A stretch of DNA of 63,984 nt, the filler included, from Octopus bimaculoides (Eukaryota): NCBI RefSeq assembly GCF_001194135.2. It is 6 parts of 6 records of this genome, joined end to end, with 100 filler letters (N's around TTAATTAATTAA, not from the genome) between each part and the next. Parts side by side here need not be neighbours in the genome. Positions count along the whole stretch, not along the records: positions 10,094 to 26,279 come from NC_069000.1; positions 26,380 to 37,562 come from NC_068989.1; 4 more parts are not named here. One strand, written 5' to 3'. Positions 24,298-36,047 of this stretch are shown one piece after another (within the stretch, counting starts at the first letter, position 1; each line of letters starts with the position of its first letter). The translations under genes were made by a program, and so were the position numbers. Below the pieces are notes generated by a model. That model did not search any database, was not told where the DNA came from, and was given only the letters and a program-made list of their open reading frames with translations.

Positions 24298-25260
24298 AAT
24301 CCTTTCTTTATTGGCCACAAGGGTCTAACACAAAAACAATTAGGAACAATACAAAACAAGGGACGAGTGGAGTTTAAAACAGAAAAACGTGTAAACAATA
24401 AAAATAAAAACAGTTAACAAAAAAATTTTAAAAAGACAAAATTCCCCAATAGGGTGGGGTTTCGCCAAGGGACAATCAAAGTACTCCACACATCCTGGTC
24501 ACCCCGACTACCAAGAGCACGCCAGGTAGGCACCCCTCTTCTCCTCGACTGTTCCGGCTTATAGACGAATATTCAGAGTAGGCCCATTCACACGAACCAT
24601 TTTCGCAGCATTCACCCACCTTTCAAAAAACTGGGAAGTGGGCAGTACTTCCCTCTCTACCGTCATTTTCCTTTTTAAGTAGAACTTGTAAAAGTCAATG
24701 AGGGCTAGGCCAAAGAGGAAAGTGTCTGTCTTCAGTCCTTTCGTTACCTCTTTCGCTGTAGCCACCAGGCAGGGGAAAACTGCCTTTCCCTCCCGGTGAA
24801 AAGAAGACGGCGGGGTGGTCAGAATGGACTTGGCTGATAATCAGATCCATCCTACACGAGACAACAGGTGTTTGACAAAGCTCCACAGGTCAGTAATGCA
24901 TGGACACTGAACGGGTGCAAGCAGGACTGTTTCATCGCCCGGCGCACATCTCGGACAAGTCCGTCTGACACTACTTCTTTCCATATCTGTAAAGCTTGTC
25001 TCGAACCGGCAGAGCTCCGCGGTAGCACTGCCAGGCCAAGGGTTTCTGACAGTCATGCGGTAGCAGGTGACGGAAGTGATGTACGCATTCGCCACCTCCA
25101 CCTGACCCTTCAGGAATAGCTTCTTCTCTGCCCATTTCTGGGTGAATTGGCTACCCTACTCGTCACCTCCCCCAGTTCTTGTCCACCTGGAGGTCTGGAT
25201 CAAACTAGATCCCGAGCAATTTATATGTTCCACCATGTTGTATATTGGATTAAAGTTCTA
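24298..25260 (-). mobile_element. Tx1/L1-clade LINE, 5'-truncated: ORF2 C-terminal zinc-knuckle region plus 3' UTR
   Basis: Minus strand ..VRRTCPRCAPGDETVLLAPVQCPCITDLWSFVKHLL.. (CxxC..E(T/S)..H..C-type knuckle, H mutated) continues to FFERWVNAAKMVR..NIRL* (stop 24559). The tail ends GTGGCCAATAAAGAAAG next to a (TAA)n run. Confidence 0.8.
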
Positions 25261-25507
25261 ACTGAGTTTATTTGGTGTTGAATATAGGCCCGCTAAGGCT
25301 AACCATACACAGGAATGACACGCCAGGTTCCTAGTGTTACTATTAACAAACTGAAACAATGTTTAAACGAAAAAAACGGCACCAAACGGGTGTAAATTAA
25401 AGCTTTAAACAAGACTTACTTTCGGACGTTCGAAAGTACGTCTGTCGTGTTCAGTAGTAAATTTAATTATAATAATGCTAATAATAATAATAATAATAAT
25501 AATAATG

Positions 25508-25542
<35 letters not shown>

Positions 25543-25984
25543 CATAGTAACAGCAGTTTCAATTTTTGGACACCTTAGTGTCGTGACTGTTTACAGCAGC
25601 ACAACAGACCGAGTGAGAGAGGAGGGGAAGAGAGAGAAATAGAGGACGAAGAGGAAGAAGGAAAGACTCATCGATATTCCAACGTGGGGACAAATTTGTA
25701 TATAGAAATACAAGTTTGACAGAGCATAGGTAGTGTGTATATATCTATGAACAACATCTCGAAGTTTTCACAAAGCTATAGGAATCTATCTACAAAGCAT
25801 CATAACGTATTTAAGATATAGTAAACTATCTATGAATGAAACATCACATCGTAGCTAACGTACAGAAATCTATAAACGTCTTTAAAGTTTTAGCAATCAC
25901 AGGAAATGATATTTCAGAGTTTGAAATAACAGTTATGGGCTTACACATTTTTGTGACTGTTTATAGCAGCACGGCCAATAACAG

Positions 25985-26135
25985 TTTCAAATTTTGACAC
26001 ATGGCCAGCAATTTCGGGGGATTGCATCAAACCCAGTGCTCAACAGGTACTTATTTTCATCGATACCGAATGGATGAAAGGCAAAGTTAACCTCTGCAGC
26101 ATTTGAACTCAGAACATAAAGACAGACGAAATGCT
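25985..26135 (-). mobile_element. SINE family 2, head-truncated
   Basis: GGATGAAAGGCAAAGTT...ATTTGAACTCAGAACATAAAGACAGACGAAATG matches the RC of the family 2 core. Confidence 0.75.
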
Positions 26136-26139
26136 GCTG

Positions 26140-26149
26140 CTGCTGCTGC

Positions 26150-26194
<45 letters not shown>

Positions 26195-26394
26195 TGATGC
26201 TGATGATGATGATGATAATAATAATAATGATGATAATAATAATAATAACAATAATAATAATAATAATAATAATAATAATNNNNNNNNNNNNNNNNNNNNN
26301 NNNNNNNNNNNNNNNNNNNNNNNTTAATTAATTAANNNNNNNNNNNNNNNNNNNNNNNNNNNNNNNNNNNNNNNNNNNNATAAAAATAAAACTA

Positions 26395-26453
<59 letters not shown>

Positions 26454-26467
26454 TAATAATAATAATG

Positions 26468-26500
<33 letters not shown>

Positions 26501-26530
26501 TTAATAATAATAATAATAATAACGATGATG
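26140..26530. repeat. (AAT)n/(GAT)n microsatellite spanning a gap
   Basis: Direct reading; source of the poly-N/I/L ORFs. Confidence 0.95.
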
Positions 26531-26544
26531 ATGATGGTGATGAA

Positions 26545-26750
26545 AATTCAAGCAGCAAGGCCAGCAATTTCTGGAGAAGGGTGTGTGGATGATGAAGACT
26601 TCTGTTCTTTATATTTGTATAACCAAACTCGAAGGAATGAAAGGTAATGTCGACCGCGGCGGAATTTGAGCTGGGAACGTAAAGACGGACAAAAATGCCG
26701 CTAAGCATTTTACCTGGCGTGCTAACAATCCTATCAGCTTACTGCCTTAA
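26545..26750 (-). mobile_element. SINE family 2
   Basis: RC head GGCAGTAAGCTGATAGGATTGTTAGCACGCCAGG..GCTTAGCGGC..CTCAAATTCCGCCGCGGTCGAC. Confidence 0.8.
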
Positions 26751-26995
26751 CAACGACAATTAATATTTTTGATAAATATTGTCAAATATACTTAATAATC
26801 TATATAATAATCTGCTTGTTCGTTCGCCCGTTATGTCTTAGTTTGTTAGGGAGGTAATGTAAGTGAGAGGTGGAGTAAATGTGAGAGAAGGAGAGAGAGA
26901 GAGAGAGGTGTGAAGAAGAAGAAGAAGAAGAAGAAGAAGAAGAAGAAGAAGAAGAAGAAGAAGAGAGGAAGAAATAGAGAAAGGTGACTAATATT

Positions 26996-27328
26996 TTTTT
27001 AAGGAGCACTCCGTCGGTTAAGACGACGAGGGTCCCAGGTGATACGGTCAATGGAACAGCTTGCTCGTGAAATTGACGTGCAAGTGACTGAGCAACCCAC
27101 AGACACGTGTACCCTTAATGTAGTTCTCAAAGAGATTCAGCGTGACACAAAGTGTGACAAAGCGGGCCCTTTGAAATAGAGGAACTACTCATTTTTGCCA
27201 GCTGAGTGGACTGGAGCAACGTGAAATAAAGTGTCTTGCTCAAGGACACAACACATCGCCGGGAATTGAACTCACGACATTACGATCGTGAGTCGAATGC
27301 TCTAACCACTAAGCCACGCGCCTTCACT
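26996..27328 (-). mobile_element. tRNA-derived SINE, family 3, with 13-bp TSD
   Basis: RC head GGCGCGTGGCTTAGTGGTTAGAGC..GAGTTCAATTCCCGG (A and B boxes). TSD GGTGACTAATATT at 26983-26995 and 27329-27341. Confidence 0.9.
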
Positions 27329-27513
27329 GGTGACTAATATTAAAACAGGCAAAATGTGGTCAGCTGAAGAAAGGGGTGAAGAATGAGCGAAAAAGGAGAG
27401 AGAAGTGTTAACAACATGTGAGGAAGGAATACTTATTACGTGGTTAAAAAGTTAGATGAAGCGAAAGGTGAAGAGGATGAGATATGTTTAGAAAACAATA
27501 TTTAACAAGGGGA

Positions 27514-27873
27514 AGGCGGCGAGCTGGCAGAAACGTTAGCACGCCAGTCGATGTGCTTAGTGGTATTTCGTCTGACTTTACGTTCTGAGCTCAAATTCCG
27601 CCGAGGTCGACTTTGCCTTTCATCCTTTCGGGGTTGATAAATTAAGTACCTGTTACGCACTGGGGTCGATGTAATCGACTTAATCCCTTTGTCTGTCCTT
27701 GTTTGTCCCCGCTATGTTTAGCCCCTTGTGGGCAATAAAGAAGCAAGAAACGTTAGCACGCCAGTCGAAGTGCTTAGCAGTATTTCGTCTGTCTTTACGT
27801 TCTGAGTTCAAATTCCGCCGAGGTCGACTTTGCCTTTCATCCTTTCGGGGTCGATAAATTAAGTACCTGTTAC
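27514..27873 (+). mobile_element. SINE family 2, head-to-tail dimer (full unit plus partial second unit)
   Basis: Unit 27514-27743 ends GCAATAAAGAA. A second unit restarts at AAGAAACGTTAGCACGCC (~27746) and stops at 27873. Confidence 0.9.
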
Positions 27874-27875
27874 TT

Positions 27876-28175
27876 AATTTGAACTCAGAACGTAGCAACA
27901 GATGGAACATCGCTAAGCATTTCGCCAGGCGTGCTAACGCTTCTTATTTCTTTATTGCCCACAAGGGGCTAAACATAGAAGGGACAAACAAGGACAGACA
28001 AAGAGATTAAGTCGATTACATCGACCCAGTACGCAACTGGTACTTAATTTATCGACCCCGAAAGGATTGAAAGGCAAAGTCAACATCGGTGGAATTTGAA
28101 CTCAGGACACAACGGCAGACGAAATACCGTTAAGAATTTCGCCCGGCGTGCCAACGCTTCTGCCAGCTCGCCTCC
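27876..28175 (-). mobile_element. SINE family 2, head-to-tail dimer in opposite orientation
   Basis: RC full unit 28175-27946, then AAGAAGCGTTAGCACGCC..GAGTTCAAATT. It abuts the plus-strand dimer tail-to-tail. Confidence 0.9.
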
Positions 28176-29206
28176 TTCGTATACTAATAATTATAATGCG
28201 ATGATTATATTGATGACGATGATGATATAAAGATTTTGTTGAAATATTTTAACAAAGCGATTACATCCCTCGTGTGAACGAAATATCCGAATATCGTCCA
28301 TATCACCACAAGATGGATGACACTCCACACCGCATACAAAGATGACAAATAAAAAAAATAAAAACTATTCACTTCAAGTTCAATAAGGAAATCGTTGTAT
28401 GAATCTAACGCGTAAGAATTATGGATGCTGGAGAGTAGAAATAAAGTGATTAAATAGCCAGAAAGAAATACTTCGTTGCCCGATAATAATGATGATAATC
28501 ATAATTCAGGATCGAACCTTTATCCTCAATTTTCGGAAGTGAAACAGTGAGGGCATAAATGAACGCGCAAAGAATCTGTTTTTAGAGTATATGTATATTT
28601 TATAGCCTCACTATATGTGCTAAACTTAACTAAGGCAATCTATATGTATAAAATTTAGAGAGAGAGAGAGAGAGAGAAATCTAAACTTTGATATCGACTG
28701 GTTAGCTTACTTAAAAAGATCAGCTTACTTAAAAGTCAGATTCACTTACCTAACATTGTCAAAGCAATGCGTATCAGAATTAGAACTGGAAGAGAAAAGA
28801 AGAAAATACATGACGAAAATGTAAGCGACGAATACAGAAGAAGCCATTGGAAAACAGACCTTAGGACGTAAATTGCGAAGGTATACCTGATGTATCGAAA
28901 AGAAGGTTAATAATAAGCAACAAAAGCAAATCCTACATAATACTGACCATCAAAAACCGAAACAGAAAAACGCAAACAAAAATAATAATTAAATCTAATA
29001 GAATGAAAATTTGCGAATAAAAAAATGATCTTAAGCACGAACATTTTAAGTGGAAATGATTAAACAATACCAAAGATCAATTGAGAATGTTTCCATGGAC
29101 CAACTAAAGTACAACCTAAAAACAAAAACAACCCCCCCCCCCCGCAATGGTAAAATAGCAATAACAATACAAATACAGTGACTTTCCGAAGATAGGAATG
29201 AACATC

Positions 29207-29592
29207 GTTGTTGTTGGCACTCCGTCGCTTACCACGTCGAAGGTTCCAGTTGATCCGATCAACGGAACAGCCTGCTCGTGAAATTAACGTGCAAGTGGTT
29301 GAGCACTCCACAGACACGTGTACCCTTAACGTAGTTCTCGGGGATATTCAGCGTGACACAATGTGACAAGGCTGACCCTTTGAATTACAGGCACAACAGA
29401 AACAGGAAGAAAGAGTGAGAGAAAGTTGTGTTGGAAGAGTACAGCAGGGTTCGCCACCATCCCCTGCCGAGTCTCGTGGAGCTTTAGGTGTTTTCGCTCA
29501 ATAAACACTCACAACGCCCGGTCTGGGAATCGAAACTGCGATCCTATGACTGCGAGTCCGCTGCCCTAACCACTAGGCCGTTGCGCCTCCAC
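29207..29592 (-). mobile_element. tRNA-derived SINE, family 3 variant, with 14-bp TSD
   Basis: RC head GGAGGCGCAACGGCCTAGTGGTTAGGGC..GTTTCGATTCCC. TSD TAGGAATGAACATC at 29193-29206 and 29593-29606. Confidence 0.92.
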
Positions 29593-29974
29593 TAGGAATG
29601 AACATCATCATCGCCGAAAAAGATATATACAGAAACAACGATATCTGGACAGTCCTTTAGATGAATTCGTTTAGGAATATAAAACTTCAAGGAAACCACA
29701 TAGAAAACGAATTTATGGAAAAATGTAGAAAATAAGAGAAATAATTTCTGCATTCTTATCTAAGAGAAATAATTTCTACATTCTTATCTTGTCACCGTAT
29801 TTCTGCTTATATATGTTGTCTTTGTTTCAGTGAGTCTTGGTGAACTTTTGTTAATTTTGGTGAATTCAGTGAATTTCATTGAAATAATGTGCATTCCGTT
29901 TCTATATATTGCTTATTTTTTCAATGAATTTTTTAAATGTGAGACAATTTGTAAAGTTTGTAGTGGTGGGAGGA

Positions 29975-30155
29975 CAAACTGGCAGAATCCTGAGCACAAC
30001 GGGCAAAATGATTAGCAGCATTTGATCCGTCGCTACGTTCTGAGTTCAAATTCCGCCTAGATCGACTTTGCCTTTCATCTAACACGGGGGTCGATGTAAT
30101 TGACTAACCCCACCCTCACCCCGAAACTGCTGGCATTGTGCCAAATTTGAAACCA
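29975..30155 (+). mobile_element. SINE family 2, internally deleted
   Basis: CTGGCAGAATCCTGAGCAC..GTTCTGAGTTCAAATTCCGCC..GACTTTGCCTTTCAT. Confidence 0.75.
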
Positions 30156-30238
30156 ATATAAGAAATTTGTATCATAGAAGCCAGGGTCGTCTAAGTTGGT
30201 TTGATACTAAAGAAGTTTAATGAAATAAACAATGGTAC

Positions 30239-30734
30239 GTTGTTGTTGGCACACCGTCGCTTACGACGTCGAGGGTTCCAGTTAATCCGATCAACGGAAC
30301 AGCCTGCTCGTGAAATTAACGTGCAAGTGGCTGAGCACTCCACAGNNNNNNNNNNNNNNNNNNNNNNNNNNNNNNNNNNNNNNNNNNNNNNNNNNNNNNN
30401 NNNNNNNNNNNNNNNNNNNNNNNNNNNNNNNNNNNNNNNNNNNNNNNNNNNNNNNNNNNNNNNNNNNNNNNNNNNNNNNNNNNNNNNNNNNNNNNNNNNN
30501 NNNNNNNNNNNNNNNNNNNNNNNNNNNNNNNNNNNNNNNNNNNNNNNNNNNNNNNNNNNGTGAGAGAAAGTTGTGGTGAAAGAGTACAGCAGGGTTCGAC
30601 ACCATCGCCTGCTCCTCGTGGAGCTTTAGGTGTTTTCGCTCAATAAACACTCACAACGCCCGGTCTGGGAATCGAAACCGCGATCTTATGGCCGCGTGTC
30701 CGCTGCCCTAACCACTGGGCTATTGCGCCTCCAC
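30239..30734 (-). mobile_element. SINE family 3 variant (gap in middle) with 12-bp TSD
   Basis: Close to 29207-29592 on both sides of the gap. TSD AAACAATG(G/A)TAC at 30227-30238 and 30735-30746. Confidence 0.88.
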
Positions 30735-30759
30735 AAACAATGATACGACGCACATAATA

Positions 30760-31100
30760 ATAAAAGGAGAGACAAATACTAGAGAAGTTTAACAATTACA
30801 ACAAAAAGATGTATCCAAAATCAAAGAACGTATGAAACAAAAAATTCTTCGTTTATTCAAAAAGAATCCTATAGTATGAAAAGTAACGGCATTGCTTTAA
30901 ACAAAACAGACGGTTAGGCATCCGCCACAAACGATTTTTTTTTCAGAAACTAAGTAAAATTAACATAAAGATTCATGCAGCACCAACAGTAAGGAAATGA
31001 GAAGAATTCTAGGAATGATTATGGACTGCGAAGGAATCACCAAGGACGAGAATGTTCAAAACAATGAAGATATATATATGAACAATCGTGCAAGGTGATA
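30760..31100 (+). mobile_element. Possible R4/Dong-like non-LTR relic, region upstream of RT
   Basis: AAPTVRK*EEF.GMI resembles the P..EE...FW..IW motif that precedes the RT in R4/Dong-like elements. Very decayed. Confidence 0.3.
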
Positions 31101-32767
31101 ACAATTCGTGTGACTCAAAACATTGTAAAAATGAAAGGGAAACGCAGCGAGAAGTAACTGATATATGATAATAACCCTAACTTCTTATCAAGATATTTAA
31201 CAGGAAGAAACAAGTTGCTAACAACAAAAGTAATAAAGAAAAATATAGTCGTCACTCGTGAACCTGGTAGCATGTACCATACCTTCGCTCATTGTTTGGG
31301 ATTTTGGTGCCTAATATAGTGGCGAGCAGATACAGATACACCCCTTCGCTTACTTGCTCTGGACCCAGTGAAACATTAAGGGTGTGATAGCTGGAGGGAG
31401 AAAGAGCAGCTACAGTACTTATCTGTTGCTTATGTTTCAGTAGCACAACAGAAAATTAGGCTCTTGTTCAATAACAGAGCACTCAAACGTTTCAGGAATA
31501 CAACGCTTGGGGTTATGATCGTGAACCAAATAACCTAACGTCTAAGCCCTCGCCTTCACTTATGGCGCAAGTAGAATTGTTTAGTTGTTGATGGAAGTAG
31601 ATATCAAACTGATGGTTTTGCTTCGAAAGAACTATAAACGCTATCAACAACAGATCCATAATTTGGCTTCGTACAACGTATAAAACCTAAACTGCACTAA
31701 TGCTGTGGATGTGTGAAAAAGAAAACAACTATTATNNNNNNNNNNNNNNNNNNNNNNNNNNNNNNNNNNNNNNNNNNNNNNNNNNNNNNNNNNNNNNNNN
31801 NNNNNNNNNNNNNNNNNNNNNNNNNNNNNNNNNNNNNNNNNNNNNNNNNNNNNNNNNNNNNNNNNNNNNNNNNNNNNNNNNNNNNNNNNNNNNNNNNNNN
31901 NNNNNNNNNNNNNNNNNNNNNNNNNNNNNNNNNNNNNNNNNNNNNNNNNNNNNNNNNNNNNNNNNNNNNNNNNNNNNNNNNNNNNNNNNNNNNNNNNNNN
32001 NNNNNNNNNNNNNNNNNNNNNNNNNNNNNNNNNNNNNNNNNNNNNNNNNNNNNNNNNNNNNNNNNNNNNNNNNNNNNNNNNNNNNNNNNNNNNNNNNNNN
32101 NNNNNNNNNNNNNNNNNNNNNNNNNNNNNNNNNNNNNNNNNNNNNNNNNNNNNNNNNNNNNNNNNNNNNNNNNNNNNNNNNNNNNNNNNNNNNNNNNNNN
32201 NNNNNNNNNNNNNNNNNNNNNNNNNNNNNNNNNNNNNNNNNNNNNNNNNNNNNNNNNNNNNNNNNNNNNNNNNNNNNNNNNNNNNNNNNNNNNNNNNNNN
32301 NNNNNNNNNNNNNNNNNNNNNNNNNNNNNNNNNNNNNNNNNNNNNNNNNNNNNNNNNNNNNNNNNNNNNNNNNNNNNNNNNNNNNNNNNNNNNNNNNNNN
32401 NNNNNNNNNNNNNNNNNNNNNNNNNNNNNNNNNNNNNNNNNNNNNNNNNNNNNNNNNNNNNNNNNNNNNNNNNNNNNNNNNNNNNNNNNNNNNNNNNNNN
32501 NNNNNNNNNNNNNNNNNNNNNNNNNNNNNNNNNNNNNNNNNNNNNNNNNNNNNNNNNNNNNNNNNNNNNNNNNNNNNNNNNNNNNNNNNNNNNNNNNNNN
32601 NNNNNNNNNNNNNNNNNNNNNNNNNNNNNNNNNNNNNNNNNNNNNNNNNNNNNNNNNNNNNNNNNNNNNNNNNNNNNNNNNNNNNNNNNNNNNNNNNNNN
32701 NNNNNTGATTGGTTAATATTTCAGGCTCTCAGTCATGACTTGTGTAGTAGCAATAATGATCAGGTAC

Positions 32768-32838
<71 letters not shown>

Positions 32839-32899
32839 CTGTTACATTTACCTCGGGTTGAGGAACTGGATACATTTCTGCTGATGCAGATAAAAGGAA

Positions 32900-33200
32900 A
32901 TTAAAAAATTAAAAAGAGAGAGAACTCCATTGCTTTTTATAGATGAATGTTCCAAGAAGTGTTTACCACCTTTCTACGTGATACTGAAACCTTTAACCAG
33001 CATATTAACCAAGGCTAGAGTCGGAGGGCAATGTTATGAGAGATCCATTGAAAATCGTTTGCGTATGGACGACAACATAGTTCACGCTGCAGATGAAAAG
33101 CAGCTTGAACGCAGCTTCAAAGATAAAATGATGTGAGTTTGATACAGTAAAAAATAAAGTACTGCGGCATGTTAGAAGAGTAGTATAGGTATGCTAGACA
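32900..33200 (+). mobile_element. Non-LTR RT relic resembling the R4/Dong (RLE-type) clade
   Basis: Shifted-frame MFQE (cf. GIFQGD), then FYVILKPLTSILTKARVG...ENRLRMDDNIVHAADEKQLE (cf. PLS.IL.K...INHLLFMDDLKL.A..E.Q), then YCGML (cf. KCG.L). Confidence 0.55.
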
Positions 33201-33521
33201 AAATATATAAATATGAGAGAATTTATCCAAATGAAAATTGTAAGATGCTTAAATATCAGAGAACTCGACACAAATGCCAAACCAGAAAAAGTAAGTTGAA
33301 AAAAATATTATAAACTGAAAACAACGATACATACAAACAGATAAAATAATAAGCAGGAATACTTGAGCCGTCCTCGTAATAAATTAGGCAAATAATGAGC
33401 GATAGATGAACTGGGAAGTTGAAATAGATCAACATTAAATATAATGTAGAAGACACCACATAAAATCTGATATGGAAGGAGTATGTTTGCTTTGAATACA
33501 GGAATGCTGAAGATGATGATA

Positions 33522-33581
<60 letters not shown>

Positions 33582-33735
33582 CTTTTTTTTTATTGACAGC
33601 AAGGACCTAAATTAGTCACCATACAACGACATACAAAGAGAAAAATGGGATTTACATCGAATCAAAATAAGTGAACAGATATAAAGTATACAACAATAAA
33701 AATTTTCAACTATTAAGCGTTTTTCAATATTTTAC

Positions 33736-33945
33736 AAGGCGGTGAGCTGGCAGAATCGTTAGCACGACGGACAAAATGCTTAGTAACATTTCGTCCATCT
33801 TGACGTTCTGAGTTCAAATACCGCTGAAGTTGACTTTGCCTTTCATCATTTCGGGGTCGATTAAATAAGTACCAGTTGGGCACTGAGGTCGATGTCATCG
33901 ACTTAACCCTACCCCAAATTTGCTGGCCTTGTGCTAAACTTTGGA
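33736..33945 (+). mobile_element. SINE family 2
   Basis: AAGGCGGTGAGCTGGCAGAATCGTTAGCAC...GGCCTTGTGCTAAAC. Confidence 0.88.
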
Positions 33946-34591
33946 AGCGAAATTTGGGGCAAATCCTTGTATAAAAGTGAGAATTAGTTGGCTACATCCA
34001 ATACATCAAAATAGTCCTTTTCCATGTCTTTCCTCCAAGTTAGAAAACCACATTCCTTTTAGTCCATTGAGTTTCACCGGTTTTGCTACACACCTTTCAT
34101 TCAACACACTAGAAGGCAACATCTGTCTGTCTGCCTTCGTCTTCTTTTTTCATGAAGTTGATGAGAGCTTGTGTGAAACCCTGTCGAATTAAAACCCAAA
34201 CTTGTCAAAGAGCGGTAGCACCTTTCACAAAGAAGCGAACGGTGAAATATCCTGAAAATAGAGATAGACGTAATCCTGGTGGTCTTCCTATAAAAATGCT
34301 GCATAACGACACCGCAAAACGAATTTGTCTCGTGACGTCCGCTTACGGCGTCCCTAAGGCAATGATTTTGATTGGTTGATATTTCAGGCTCTCAGTTTAC
34401 AAATAGCCCACGATGATACGGACTTCACCCTAATCCCACAATCCGATCATGTTTCGGTAATCAAATATCCAAGTTTCAGGCCAAGGGTGAGTCAGTAACA
34501 TATTTGCTTTTGTTAGTTTTTCATTCATTGTATTTCATTATCTTCATTCTCTGTAACTGCTGCTGCTGCTGCTGCTACTACTACTACTACA

Positions 34592-34638
<47 letters not shown>

Positions 34639-34802
34639 AAGAACGTCATTAATGTGTTATTTCCTTATATATTTGGTACCTCGATTCTCCTTAATTGTCT
34701 TTTTTCCTATTCGAGATCTATCTTTCATTCATATACATACATACATGTATATGTATATATGCATACATGTATATACACATACATATACATATACACACAC
34801 AC

Positions 34803-34848
<46 letters not shown>

Positions 34849-35232
34849 NNNNNNNNNNNNNNNNNNNNNNNNNNNNNNNNNNNNNNNNNNNNNNNNNNNN
34901 NNNNNNNNNNNNNNNNNNNNNNNNNNNNNNNNNNNNNNNNNNNNNNNNNNNNNNNNNNNNNNNNNNNNNNNNNNNNNNNNNNNNNNNNNNNNNNNNNNNN
35001 NNNNNNNNNNNNNNNNNNNNNNNNNNNNNNNNNNNNNNNNNNNNNNNNNNNNNNNNNNNNNNNNNNNNNNNNNNNNNNNNNNNNNNNNNNNNNNNNNNNN
35101 NNNNNNNNNNNNNNNNNNNNNNNNNNNNNNNNNNNNNNNNNNNNNNNNNNNNNNNNNNNNNNNNNNNNNNNNNNNNNNNNNATATATATATACATGCATA
35201 CACACTCACAGATTTATATATGTATATATCTT

Positions 35233-35263
<31 letters not shown>

Positions 35264-35747
35264 CATATATACATATATATAATATGCACGCACACATATA
35301 GTTTCAATTACACATCAAACACTGTGAATGGTCCAGCCTTTTTACTTATTTATAACTGTCTGATCAATTCCGTCTATGTCTTCTAGTCTCAGTACAAAGC
35401 TATATACCCAATAATATTGCAACACCATCGATTTATACAGAATCAGTGAAGTGTTACACTAATACCATTTCTAGGCCGTTTAAATCAGGTAATAATTGAT
35501 AATTTGCCAATGGATTATATAGTTGTCCAGTGGCGTCTGCTGAAATGATTCTCCTGCTTACAATTGGTTGGCTAGTAAGTCTGTGTTCTCTTGTCCTATT
35601 AGATGGCGTCCTTAATTAAATGCTTTGGTGTGGCGATTAGTCCTGCGGTTTCGATGTTCAAACTAAGTACAGCCTGGTGATGGAAGGTTTTGTTCAATTT
35701 ATATGAAAGTGAGTGTATTTAAGGGTGCGTATGTTAAAGAGTGTGTA

Positions 35748-36047
35748 AAGGCGCGTGGTTTAGTGTTTAGGGTATTCAGTTCACGCTCGAAATGTCGTGA
35801 GTTCAATTCCCGGCGACGCTCTCTTTCATGTTGCTCTAGTCCACTCAGCTGGCAAAAATCAGTAGCAATTGTATTTCAAAGGGACAGCCTTGTCATATTC
35901 TGTGTCACCCTGAATCTTTCTAAGAACTACATTAAAGGTACGCGTGTCTATGAAATTCTCAGCTACTTGCACGTTAAAGTCACGAGCAGGCTGTTCCGTT
36001 GATCGGATCAAGTGGAGCCCTCGTCATCGTAACCGACGGTGTGCCAG
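35748..36047 (+). mobile_element. SINE family 3
   Basis: AAGGCGCGTGGTTTAGTG..GAGTTCAATTCCCGGCG; colinear with the RC of 26996-27328. Confidence 0.88.

Noticed and set aside
27270-27328. tRNA-like heads (also 29520-29592, 30660-30734, 35748-35815)
   Set aside because: They have A/B boxes but continue into SINE bodies with TSDs and lack proper acceptor stems; not tRNA genes.
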